A DNA stretch of 55,595 nt. Origin: Octopus bimaculoides (lineage: Eukaryota). The translations under genes and the position numbers were made by a program. Under the pieces are notes generated by a model. It was not told the origin of the DNA, did not search any database, and saw nothing but the letters and a program-made list of their open reading frames with translations. Position 1 is the first letter of the stretch. Each line of letters starts with the position of its first letter. Shown here one piece after another: positions 26,135 through 37,723 of this stretch. The stretch is taken from NCBI RefSeq assembly GCF_001194135.2, contig NC_068985.1, positions 6,384,893 through 6,440,487 of the forward strand, read 5' to 3'.

Positions 26135-27200
26135 ATGTTGTTGTTGTTGTCGTCGTCTTTGCACAACTTCTAACGCTGGAGATGTATCACGGTGTCAGCT
26201 TGTCGCTACCACTGAACTAGAGTAACACCCGTTATTTTTCAAACACCATCCGGAGCATTCGAGCGGTTCTAAGCACTGCTGTTTTCTGCAAGTGCGTCAC
26301 CCTTATTGCAGCCCCTATTTGTTCCATGTACTTCTGAGGATTTTTACTCACTGTTTCCAGGGCTCCGACAATTATTGGTACTACTATCACTTTTTTCATC
26401 GACCACAACTGCTTAACCTACCAATCTAACCTGTTATATATATCGACTTTTCTTTCTTCCTTATCACATACCTTGTTGTCAGCTGGACAGGCTATATCTA
26501 TGATCCAGCATTGTTTTCTTTCTCAATTAAGGCTATGTCTGGCTTCTTATTCTCAATCTCATGGTTGCACTGAATCATAAAATCCCAAAGGATTTTTGCT
26601 TTATCATTTTCGATGATGCCTTCGGGTTAATGTTCGTACCAATTTTCTTCTCTGTCAAGTACATACTTGTTGCAAAGTGTTCAATGGACAATTCTTGCTA
26701 TATTGTTATGCCGCCTCTTTCTAGACTAGTGGCGTACATTGACTGCCAATATGCCATACGGTTTCACCATTTTGTTCACAGATTCTACACTTGTCACTTT
26801 ATCATGTGTTGTCAATTCTGTATTAGATGTAATTCGTTCTTAGTGCTTGCTCTTGAGCAGCACAGTTTAGAGCCTCCATTTCCTGTTCTAAATCATTTTA
26901 GTCATCCATAGCCGTCTTCTTTTTATGTCCGTCTTATCTTCAAATCCGTATGAAATTGTCCATGCATACTTCTCTTTATCCACCTATTTTCAGGTCCATT
27001 CTCAAGTGCTTGTACATTACTCTATCTTTGCAATCTTCCATCCTACACACGCCTGATCTTCTTTCTTCCAATAATAGCGGTTCTGTGGCATTTTTTACAT
27101 ACCCTGCTATGTTATTTTCTTCTGATCTAATGCTGTATTCGCATACAATCACTCCTCTTCCTCTTCTTTTTCCTGGTACATACAAATATCCGTCAAATGT
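26135..27200 (-). mobile_element. R4/Dong-like non-LTR retrotransposon, 3' part (RT thumb, CCHC knuckle, restriction-like endonuclease), decayed
   Basis: YVPGKRRGRG; EALNCAAQEQALRTNYI; KCRICEQNGETVWHIGSQC; KILWDFMIQCNHEIENKKPDIALI; CWIIDIACP; VPIIVGALETV; LQKTAVLRTARMLRMVFEK*; tail of GAC/AAC repeats. Confidence 0.92.
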
Positions 27201-27599
27201 AAATAATGTAAATAACGTACGACTTTTACTGTTCTCATTACTGTTTCCTATTGCAAATGTTAAGGGATTGTATTTTTTGTGTTTTCTTCCTTTTCCCTTA
27301 CGATCCTGAAATCAAACGGGCGTGATGGAACGATTAGTAACTTCGCTTTTCCTTATTTATAATCGTTATGTCCGTTCTATTATTCTCTGAGTTCGTATTC
27401 GTTTGGATAGGAAAGTCCTACGAAATATTGCATTTCTCCAAATCCGTGTTTCTTTCGATTCGATGATTGCGCCATTTGTTCCAGGTGTACCGACCAAAAT
27501 AACAACTATAAAAATGAAAACGACAATAACAATAAAAACAAGAGCACCCAGAGAGCGCAAAACCTCCACCAAGGCAACACCAACGTCCTCTCAATGATC

Positions 27600-27915
27600 A
27601 GACGGAGATGATTTTTAAAATGAGATTATTTGAAATAAACTCGACTGATCTCACATATGAGAATTCTAAAACTGATCCCGGCCGCTGTCAACAGTTAAGT
27701 GAAAAACCTGGAAAAATAATCCTGAATCCTTGTCCAGAACCGGATCGATCCCGAAATCTACTCGGTTCATGCCAGTCACGAGGCCAAACATCCCTGAAAG
27801 TTTCATCCGAAACCATACAGCGGTTCTTGAGATATCTTGTCCACGGACAAACAAACAAACAAACAAACACGACTGAAAACAATACATCTGCCTTTGCTAA
27901 GGCGGAGGGAATAAA
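27600..27915 (+). mobile_element. Non-autonomous Helentron-associated (DINE-1/HINE-like) element
   Basis: AAAGTTTCATCCGAAACC...CGGTTCTTGAGATATC, then (CAAA)n and a terminal hairpin TCTGCCT-TTGCTA-AGGCGGA; this is the characteristic DINE-1-like 3' architecture. Confidence 0.7.
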
Positions 27916-28461
27916 TATGAAAATAACAACGAAGACAGTGAGAGTAAGAAACAGAAGGAAGAAAGATTATATTGTTACTTCAACTCACCGCAAAACCTCC
28001 AACTTACATCAACTCAGCCACAACCACATTTAACACCTGCCTAAATTTTCCAACACCATTCCAAATTTCCCAAAATGCTACCTTTATATGTAGTTATTGA
28101 AATGCCTTCCATCTTATTCTGCGTGTGAAAGCCAAGATTTGAACGGTATTTATTTATGTACATTTGTGTTATATTTTTTAGGGCTTTGGCTTATGAGACA
28201 ACAAAAAGGAACGAATGTTTTGAAGCGCAACATCCAGATATATCGGCAACCTAGGTGAAATTGCATTCTCTAATCCTTCCACTTCGTTTTGTTACTAAAT
28301 CGTCTGCTTCTTTTCCACGCATCTACACCTCGTCTACGATAGTACTACATAACAGAAATTGTGTTTAATATAAATTTCCACTTCAGCGTAACGAATTAAG
28401 TTATAAACTGTCTGCTTGAAAATTCATAAATACTTATATAGGAAATATATGTTACTGTTTG

Positions 28462-28980
28462 CTCTTGAATTTTCTTTTTCCTCGTTTTGATAATTATTAA
28501 ATAATTTCGGTGTAATAATTTCTGTGACCAAGTTCTAGCTTTGATGTTCGTGTACATATATTTTTCAGTAAAATATATATGCATAAAAGATAAATATTAA
28601 TTTATTCGTTGTCATTGATGTTAGCGGTTTGTTTTTTCCTGAATCATATCTGATTGATGGTGGTTTTCAACGGAGCGAAGATCGTTGCTTCTTTATTCTT
28701 TGTTTGTTTGACAGTCTATAACTACTTCATAGCAGAGAGCATCTTACTTGGCAATATCTAATTGCGGTCCAATACATTTTTAGTTGAAATTCTGTTCGGT
28801 CCATTTAGCTTTTAAACTGTACTTTCCTGAACTAATTTTGTAAATTCTTTAGTTATAAATATAACTTTAAGTTCAGTAATAAACCACGATCGAATCCTTT
28901 CCAACAATAATTGGTCACAGAAATTATTACACCGAAAATTTTTGATAATTATCAAAACGAGGAAAAAGAAAATTCAAGAG
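28462..28980. repeat. 70 bp inverted repeat pair (67/70 identical) enclosing about 380 bp
   Basis: 28462-28531 is the reverse complement of 28911-28980 with 3 mismatches; no target-site duplication seen. Confidence 0.93.
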
Positions 28981-29139
28981 TATTTAGAGTATTTAAACAC
29001 AATACTATGAAAACCGAAATATAACGTAGACTTTTTAAGTTTATAAACATCAAAATATCAACTCGTATGTTTTATGTATGTAGCCCAAACAATTTCATTT
29101 GTTTATGTGCATCATTATTTCTCTCATTCTCTCGCTCTC

Positions 29140-29169
<30 letters not shown>

Positions 29170-29172
<3 letters not shown>

Positions 29173-29300
29173 CTGAAATTTACAGAAAAACAATAAACGA
29201 AGACAGGTGTCTAAACAACAAGTAGGTATATGAATTTGAAACTCGGGAGGGTGAGAAAGTCTTTTACGTTTCGAGGTTAGGCTCTTCAACAGAAAGTAAC
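29170..29300 (-). mobile_element. Short repeat, probably a Penelope-like terminal (pLTR) fragment; a second copy lies at 49930-50045
   Basis: Shares CTGTTGAAGAGC...CTCGAAACGT.AAAGACTTTC with 49930-50045. Confidence 0.5.
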
Positions 29301-29565
29301 ACGATGACATAAATAGAGAATTAAAAAAAAAAGTTTTGGAGTTAGAGGTCAATCATGGCGACTGGCTGGTCAAAGATAGTATATATATATATTTGTGCAT
29401 GTCTATCGGCACTGGTTTGCCGTAGGACTAGGTTACGAGGAAGTAAACAAACCGACAAAGGTCAGTAAGTAGTGATTGAGAACGAACGCAAATACAAACG
29501 CACATAGGTATATATATAATTACATATGCATACATTAATCATATATGTGTGTGTTTGTGTGTGTA

Positions 29566-29601
<36 letters not shown>

Positions 29602-30156
29602 TATGTGTGTATTATGGCAATATATAGATATATAAATAATGAAAAAAATTAATATCCCTCCATATTACATCCTATAATAGACTAATCAATCTAATTCTAA
29701 TGATAAATTTATTATGCACGAAAATGCCCCAAATAACCAAAAAAGAAAGGAACACGTACTTGGACGTTCGAACCTGAAGCTAAACAAGAACGACATTCTT
29801 ATCATGTTGAACGGAATGAGACATGCAGCAGCGATTACAACTAAACTTACAAAGGAGAATAATTACTACTTCAGATCTGCTCTTAGAATTTTAAAATTCA
29901 AATTACCTGGAAAACACGCATGAGATAAAAAAGAAATACAAATGAATAAATTATATTTCTTTCGAATCTGCGCGGACAAGTGGTTGGGGTATTGTAAATA
30001 CGATCGCTAGATCGTAGTTTCCTAATCTTGGACTGAGTTTTCCATTTGGTTCTTAGGCAATTCAGCTATAAGTGGTTAACTCTGTGACGGAATAGCGTTT
30101 GTATCAGACGAAATGTTGGCCAGCTCGCATTGCCAACGGCGCGGTATCATTCGAGA

Positions 30157-30163
30157 TATAAAA
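30157..30163 (+). promoter_or_regulatory. TATA box of the candidate secreted-protein gene remnant
   Basis: Perfect TATAAAA about 45 nt upstream of the inferred start codon. Confidence 0.4.
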
Positions 30164-30202
30164 CAATGTGAAGCGCATTGTGACCAGCGATGTATAGGAA
30201 AC

Positions 30203-30659
30203 ATCGCTGACAGCATAATATTGCTGATAGTCTGGTTGATACCCGGTGTTGTGAAGCGGTCTTTCCACACTGTTGTATCTGTCTTCTGACGACGGTTGTC
30301 GCTCTGACAGATATTGTTATATTCCGAAGTCGTCGATAGAATCTTTCTGTTATGGCCCAGGCATACAGTGTGACTGTGAATCGTACCGTGTTATTATCGT
30401 CAAAAGGTTCGATCGTGATAACGTCCACTCAGTAACACAGTATAATTATTATATCAGTAGAGACACGACTATCAACACAGTCTACACGTACTCTCGACCT
30501 TCTCCCTTCTTCTGTTGACTGGCTACTGGTCAGTTTATAATGGCTGGCGACTACCACTTGTTTTACAGCGAGGGGTGTACAATTTCATTATACCTTGACG
30601 TTGAGAGATATTTTCTTATACTGAAAAAGAAAAATGAAAAAAAAAGTGTAAAAGGATAA
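30203..30659 (+). pseudogene. Disabled single-exon gene for a secreted Cys-rich protein, TIMP/NTR-like by motif resemblance
   Basis: Repaired read: [M]ADSIILLIVWLIPGVV/SG-LSTLLYLSSDDGCRSDRYCYIPKSSIESFCYGPGIQCDCESYRVIIVKRFDRDNVHSVTQYNYYISRDTTINTVYTYSRPSPFFC*LATGQFIMAGDYHLFYSEGCTISLY... Lesions: ATC for ATG at 30203, an extra A at about 30254, TGA at 30516. AATAAA at 30674. Confidence 0.5.
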
Positions 30660-31620
30660 ACATATGCTACAGAAATAAAGTTATTGCTCGAAATCAACGA
30701 AAGCTTGAATGTAGAGATTTTATGTAAATTGTGAATAAGCCATCCATAAGAAAGGAAACACCAATCCATTGAAATGCTCACGGTTTCAGCCGTGAAATTC
30801 GACCTCTTTTCTCCAGAAACTCTGGGGAACGTCAGCAACAGATACACTTCGATATACGAGAGGTTTATGTTTTGTGAGGTGTCAGATACATGAGGATACA
30901 AAACGGAAAATACACAATAGTTTTACGTCATATACCCAAACGACGAAAACCTGGCAACAATACACATAGAAGAAAATCCAATATTTTGGAATACACAAAA
31001 TAAGGTCAACATATGTTGCTGATGAAACTATCTTATAACATTTTTGAAAAACTAACGGAAAACTTTATTAAATACTCACATATAAAAGAACTTACGTAGG
31101 AATAAAAATATGGTGCTGTGAGATGGTACCTAAATACAAGAAATAGAGGAAGAGGATCGTGCCGAAAAAATACCCAATAGCAAAGGACATTTTACTGTTT
31201 TCTTACACGTGAACATTAGAAATATTAGTCGTTATTAAAGGCGGGCAAAAAGCAAATACAATGATTACAGATACAGGAATCAAAGGAAATCATTCTCGAG
31301 ATGCAAACAAAAGATTCGAGGCTGTTGAAGTTAATTGCACCGACGGACACACTTTGAGAGTCGTTCTGTTATTGATAGTAATATTTGTTGTTCGGGTGGG
31401 GTGGGAGTAGAGGCATTGTACTGGGGTTGTGACTATGTTTAACGAGAGTGTCATTAACTGTGTGAAACTTTTTTATGTTTTGGTTACTGTTGCTTGTTTT
31501 TGCTAGTTTTGTTTATATTTTCTCAGCTGATAATGCAATCACTGTCGTTGATGTTTCTCTTACTGTTTGCATTATCGTCGCGTTTGATATTACTATTGAG
31601 TCTATAGAGTTGGTAATATT

Positions 31621-31833
31621 ATTTTCTACTCTAGGCACAAAGCCCGAAATTTTTGGGGAGGGTGCCAGTCGATTATATCAACCCCAGTACGCAACTGGTA
31701 CTTCCTTTATCGCCCCCGAAAGGATGAAAGGCAATGTCAACGTCGGTGGAATTTGAACTCAGAACAGAAAGACAGACGGAATACCGCTAAGCATTTCGCC
31801 CGGCGTGCTAACGTTTCTCCCAGTTCACCGCCT
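31621..31833 (-). mobile_element. SINE family A, full length, 16 bp TSD
   Basis: Complete head and body; TAGAGTTGGTAATATT at 31605-31620 and 31834-31849. Confidence 0.95.
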
Positions 31834-31860
31834 TAGAGTTGGTAATATTGCAAACCTTCT

Positions 31861-32080
31861 AAGGAGGTGAGCTGGCAGAGTCGTTAGCGCACCGTGCAAA
31901 ATGCTTATCGGTATTTCGTCTGTCTTTATGTTCTGAGTTCAAATTCCACCATGGTCGACTTTGCCTTTCATCCTTTCGGGGTCGATAAATTAAGTACCAG
32001 TTGCGTACTGGAGTCGAGCTATTCGACTGGCACCCTACCCACAACATTTCGGGCATTGTGCCTTGAGTAGAAAAGACAAG
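31861..32080 (+). mobile_element. SINE family A, full length, 13 bp TSD
   Basis: Complete head and body; AATATTGCAAACC at 31844-31856 and 32081-32093. Confidence 0.95.
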
Positions 32081-32170
32081 AATATTGCAAACCATTTTTC
32101 AGCTGTCAATTTTTTCATATTATGAGGAAAAAAGATTAGATGGTGTTCAGAATTTCCTTAGTTGAAGCAT

Positions 32171-32198
32171 TAACCCTAACCCTAACCCTAACCCTAAC
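32171..32198 (-). repeat. Interstitial telomere-type repeat (TTAGGG) x4.7
   Basis: (TAACCC)4 TAAC on the plus strand. Confidence 0.9.
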
Positions 32199-33149
32199 TT
32201 CCACTACTCTATGCAGTAGATGTGATTGTGCAGTCTATATTCAGTGACGGGTCCGACACAGTAACAATTCTAGCAATCAAATTGCCTTTCAAATAAACTG
32301 AATATGCGTCTGTGTTGATATTTGGTGAAAGGGAACCGACCGCCATATCGATCTTTGCCATCTCCCAACACTTTATTTTATTGAGCATAGAAAATTGAAA
32401 TCAAATTTCAACGCGGAATGTAAAATACCGCTGCTAGATTATCATTATAGTAATTTCTAGCATTAGCCCGGGCTTACAATTTTGCGATTGCATTTAGTAG
32501 TATGTACCCTCAATGAGTACCCTATAATTATTTATTCGTTCACAAATAATAAAAATGATGTCGTTACAGAGAAAATTTGAAATTGCGACCAAAAGTTTCA
32601 TATCAAGCTCTCAAATTTGATGACCAATCGCCAACTATAATTGTTATATACAAATATTCTTTATTGACTTCATTGGATGGTGTGTGGCATTTCTGAAACA
32701 ACATTCGGAGTTTAAACCACTAAGATTTAATAAGTTATATCGTCTCCACTGACTAGACATTTCCGCGTTTCATCGATATTTACTCATTGTTTTGCGTATT
32801 TTATTTTTTCTTTTATTATATTTTCCTTCTCTTGTACATTTCGCCGCTAAGCACGGCCATAATTAATTCAATGTATTGTTTAGCAGTTTACACAGAAATG
32901 AACCTCATGCGCATGCATCTATGTGAGAAGTGCATATGAATGTGCATATGTATACACCAGATAGAAATATATGCTTGCATGTATGTATCTTTGTCTGCGT
33001 GTATGTAGTCATAAGAAGAACTTCGCTACAATTTTCGGTAATAAAACTTTTCTCGCTGTTTAAGATTCATTGACCTAGTCGAAACGATAGTCGGAAATAC
33101 TTGCCCAAGTTAGAAGAACCGATAACGTTGGGAAATGCATTTCTTCATG

Positions 33150-33535
33150 CACTAATCGTCGTCGTGGCACTCCGTCGGTTACGATGACGAGTGTTTCAGT
33201 TGATCCGACCAACGGAACAGCCTGCTCGTGAAATTAACGTGTAAGTGGCTGAGCGCTCCGGAGACACGTGGTATCCTTTACGTAGTTTTCGGTGAGATTC
33301 AGCGTGACACATAGTGTGACAAGGCTGGCCCCTTTGAAATACATGTACAACAGAAATAGGAAGAAAGAGTGAGAGAAAGAGTACAGCAGGGTTCACCACC
33401 ATCCCCTGCCGGAGCCTCATGGAGCTTTAGGTGTTTTCGCTCAAAAAACACTCACAACGCCCGATCTGGAAATCAAAACCGCGAACCTACAAACGCGAGC
33501 CCATTGCCTTAACCACTGGGGCATTGCACCTCTAC
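33150..33535 (-). mobile_element. tRNA-derived SINE, longer family (about 385 bp)
   Basis: Minus strand: AGGTGCAATGCCCCAGTGGTTAAGGCAATGGGCTCGCG...GGTTTTGATTTCCAGATCGGGCG (tRNA-like head), body, and a GTGCCACGACGACGA tail. Confidence 0.82.
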
Positions 33536-35189
33536 TAATTCCAAGATCTATATTACCTCTTATTATGTTGCAGTGTTTGTGAATTTCATATTACGCCTTG
33601 TTTATGACACAAATTGGAAAATAAAACGAACCCGACGTAAAATATAAATCCCTTAAAATATGACTCAACCGTCCACATACTGATTTGAGGATACCAAAAC
33701 CAATTATTTCAAAGGGAGATGTGGGCAGAAATATTGATTTATATAAAGCCGTGAATTTACTTTAATAGAATATTCCAAAGTATTCCAGTTCTAATGTAAG
33801 GGAGATATAAAGGTAACTGCTTGCAACGGAAAACATGATGAGTATAGAAGGAAAGTAAGTAAATTGAAAGATATTGTCAAATGTAATAAATATAAGAATC
33901 AGGATATGGAACAATAACATACTGGAATAACTGTGTAGAGCTGACTTGAACATAAAAGAAAAGCATTTAAATATTGTTACGACACTAGACTTAACTTTGT
34001 AAAGGACAAAAAAAATTATCATAAACTCATTATAGAATATGCATTACTTGCAATCCATCAACATAAATTGAATTGAAGATTTCTTCTAGGGAATTTTACA
34101 TATAAAACAGAGAGTATATGGAGCTATCAAGAAATTTATTTGCTGTGATGAGATCATCGGTTTCAGACTAATGGTTTTTTGCTGTTCTTGATGTCGACAT
34201 TAAAAATATATACATGTTATAACATTACTGCTTCCTGATAATAAAAACCTTGGATGACATTGTCATTACGGAAGCCAAACAGATTAGTTTTATGGAAGCA
34301 AGAAACAGACAGAATCATCTGTAAGACCGTACAATACTTATATTGTGTAGCCCTTATCCGTATTGGTCAAGTAGGTGTATGTCTAAAATGCACCAGGTTT
34401 TATATTCAAGCACAGTATATTATGGACAGTATCTAATTATTTCCATTGCGAAAACTACTTCAGTGTGATTTGAGGAAAATTTCAGTGACAATTAAATTAT
34501 GTTGAACAAGCATTGAAATACTGCACTTTGCAATGCATGACTTACTTTCCGCTGATGTGGAAATTACTGACTTCGTTGTTGGCCGATGTAATTTATGCTT
34601 TTTAACTGAAATACACCAGGTTTCTGGGCAAAAGAAATTGCCTTTGAAACAGCAACATAATCTGTTTGACAGATTAAAGAAATGGGTGTATAAAATATCA
34701 GGAATAATTAATCAGACAAAACATATCTAATTGACTGCTTGGTTAGCGAAAATCCTATCACCAAAATCATCTTGTTATGATTTAAAAATGTAGAAATAAT
34801 AATATTTTGGAATAGGGTATCAATATACAATAAATTCAATTATAGTAAGTAAAACAGAAGATATATTACAATCATTATGTATTTTATTATCCAATATAAA
34901 TATATTATAGCACAAATAAATACAAGTCGAAGAAAATACGGGTTATTTACGATTTAACTTTATATGTACATATAAGCTTTACAGTTGAAATAATACCCGG
35001 GGGGTTTAGAAAGCTTACTCCAAATCTCAACAGTCGGAACGACGATTAGAAATGTCACACACAGTCACACTACAGACCAAAATTTACATTTATATTTCAC
35101 TTAACTTATATAGTACTGCTTCAAGTTGCAATTTAATATGTTCGATAAAATAGCCCTACGTCAGTAAAAAAAATTAAAGGGCCGGTCCC

Positions 35190-35400
35190 GTCTGGAATAA
35201 TATTGTGGTCAATGAAAAAGGTAGCAGTAGTACCAGTAATAGTCGGAGCCCTAGGAACAGTGAGCAAAACTCTCGAGAAGTGCGTGGAATAAATAGGGCC
35301 TGCAATAAGGGTGGAGCGCTTGCAGAAAACAACACTGCTTGCAACCGCTCGAATACTCCGGAAGGTGCTCGAAAAATATGAGGTGTTACCTTAGTTCACA
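35190..35400 (+). mobile_element. R4/Dong-like LINE extreme 3' fragment (same subfamily as 26135-27200)
   Basis: WSMKKVAVVPVIVGALGTVSKTLEKCVE*IGPAIRVERLQKTTLLATARILRKVLEK, followed by GTGTTACCTTAGTTCA as in the 26 kb copy. Confidence 0.88.
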
Positions 35401-35404
35401 TAGT

Positions 35405-35510
35405 TCCTATTTTATCGAGGCGAAAAGCACGAGAGGCAAAGTCGACCTCGGAGGAATTTGAAATCAGAATGTAGAGACTTGCTAACGATTCTGCCAGCTC
35501 GCCGATTTGA
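35405..35510 (-). mobile_element. SINE family A with internal deletion
   Basis: GGCAAAGTCGACCTCGGAGGAATTTGAAATCAGAA...GCTAACGATTCTGCCAGCTCGCC. Confidence 0.78.
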
Positions 35511-35861
35511 TGGGACTATGTATTACCGATTAAAGTACAAATAGAACGGTACACCACTGTTTGGTACTGCCATAAAAAAGAAAAAAATAATAGAAAAGGA
35601 GACCTTGAGACAAACTATATACATCAATAATTTAGAATTTATAGAGATTTCATTTTAAAATATTTACCGCTCGACAGAAGAAATAATTAGAGATTATATA
35701 TTCAAATCACGTTTCTTCTGTCAGTCTGTCCAGATATTTGTCATATCAATACAGCTACATAACATATAGATACAACTATGACATGAAACACGTTTTGTTT
35801 TTGTTTTGTTATTGATCTTTTCGAATATCTTTTGAAATCTCTTTCACTCTCACTCTTCTGG

Positions 35862-35919
<58 letters not shown>

Positions 35920-35969
35920 GCACACACTCACACACATATGTATGGGTTTGAGTGCGTGATCATAAATGC

Positions 35970-36000
<31 letters not shown>

Positions 36001-36421
36001 TAAATATGTATATATGTATATATGTGTGTATGTATGTATGTATAATTACCGGTGTACATTCAAACATATCTGGTTACATACACAAACACGCCCATACTCT
36101 CTCACACACAGACGTACACACACACACATACACACACACACATATATACGCACAACGATAAATATATCTACTTTTCTATTAAATTTAATATTTTAGATTG
36201 AAAGAGAACTGTCACAGTCATGTGATCCGTTTTATAGTTTACTTTCTACTTTATCTCTTTCTTTCATATTCATCAAATGTTTCAACGCATCACGCATATT
36301 ATATAAGTTTCCGCTTTAAAAGACGACCGCAGCTAAACTCTTCTTCCAACTTCATCCTCTAAATGAAGAAACATGAATTTATACAACATATACGCCCCCC
36401 ACCCTCCACCTCTCTCTCTCT

Positions 36422-36467
<46 letters not shown>

Positions 36468-37589
36468 TCACACACATGCACGCATACATTCTTTCTATGC
36501 TTTTGTTTCTCTATTTTGCATATCTATATATATAAGAATGCCATATAAAGATGTGCGAATTTCAATATTTCTTCAGCCTAAAAATAAAAGGAGAAAAAAA
36601 AAACCGGAAAACATGTACACCCACAGGCGAAATTCTTAGTTGCAAGAGACTGGCTGAACCAATATAAAAGAAGAAAAATAAGAGAAGAAAACGAAATGAA
36701 AGTGAAGGAAATAAAACAAAAGAGAAGGAAAAGAGAATTGAAAAAAAAAAAGGGAGCAAGCGGAAGAAGAGGAAAAGAAAATTTTCGTTTGATATTGGAA
36801 CAAAGTGAGATGAATGAGTGGTAGAACGGTCAAAGAATTCAATGGAATAGTGCGAAAATATGTAGCCAATGAGATGGTGAACGACCTTGGAACCAATGGA
36901 GAGGGGCTTAAGGTTGATGGATGTGCCTCTTATTAGCTGAAGTGGATTAATGAATAAACAGATAAAATGGTATGGCAATTAAAATGAATCGATCGTTAAA
37001 GGGAAAGAAATCTTAGTAGCAGAGGTGCTGATATAGAGGAATGGTTAGCACTTCAGAGGTAAGTTTGAGGTAGTTGTTGTAATGTAGAGGATATTAAATA
37101 AATTAGATAAAGAAATAAATTATAAACTGAGGGAAGAAAATAAAACAGAATTGGGATTGTTACTAAGAATATAGATAATACCAAATAAATAAAGAATGAA
37201 TATGCAATAAAAATATATATAGAAAATTTTGGAAACATTAATAAAAAGAAATTTAAATTATTCACTACTGGAAATTTATAAAATTATAAAAAAAAAGAAG
37301 AATAAAGCTAAATAAAAGAGTAAAAGCGAAAATGGAGAAATAAAAGTCAAGAGGAAAATCCTCAAAACGAGGCCAGGATGAATGAGTGAATAAATAATTG
37401 ATTGGGTAAATGAATTGTGAGAATAGGAATGATGAAGTAGTTGTGTAGAAAGATGTAAGTAAACGATTGAGATAATTATTAGTATTAAGAATAGTAAACG
37501 CGCGCACACACACACTAGCTCGGAATCACATATATGCGTATATACAAGTGTCTGTCTTGATAGTACGCATAGATAGAGATTTTCACGAT

Positions 37590-37722
37590 GAAATTGCGGC
37601 GTGTTTACAAGCTTGCTTCCCAACCAGACAGTTTCGGTTTCAGTCTCATTGGGTGGTAGCTTGGGCGAGTGTCTCCTTCTATAGATTTGTGAGTGGATTT
37701 GGTAGATGGAAACTGAAAGAAG
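37590..37722 (+). mobile_element. SINE family B, 5' half
   Basis: AAGCTTGCTTCCCAACCA...TTGGGCGAGTGTCTCCTTCTATAG...GTGAGTGGATTTGGTAGATGGAAACTGAAAGAAGC. Confidence 0.8.
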
Positions 37723-37723
37723 C

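Noticed and set aside
30147-30428. Minus-strand ORF with a cadherin-like look (ITIEPFDDNNTVRFTVTLYAWAITE); attractive given the octopus protocadherin expansion
   Set aside because: Lacks DXNDN, LDRE and AXDXG motifs; the plus strand has coherent TATA, signal peptide and poly(A) signals.
36560-37530. Long purine-rich stretch with hydrophobic antisense ORFs suggesting membrane proteins; a similar one at 18690-19330
   Set aside because: Compositional bias explains the Phe/Leu/Ile richness; probably very old retroelement debris that I cannot assign.
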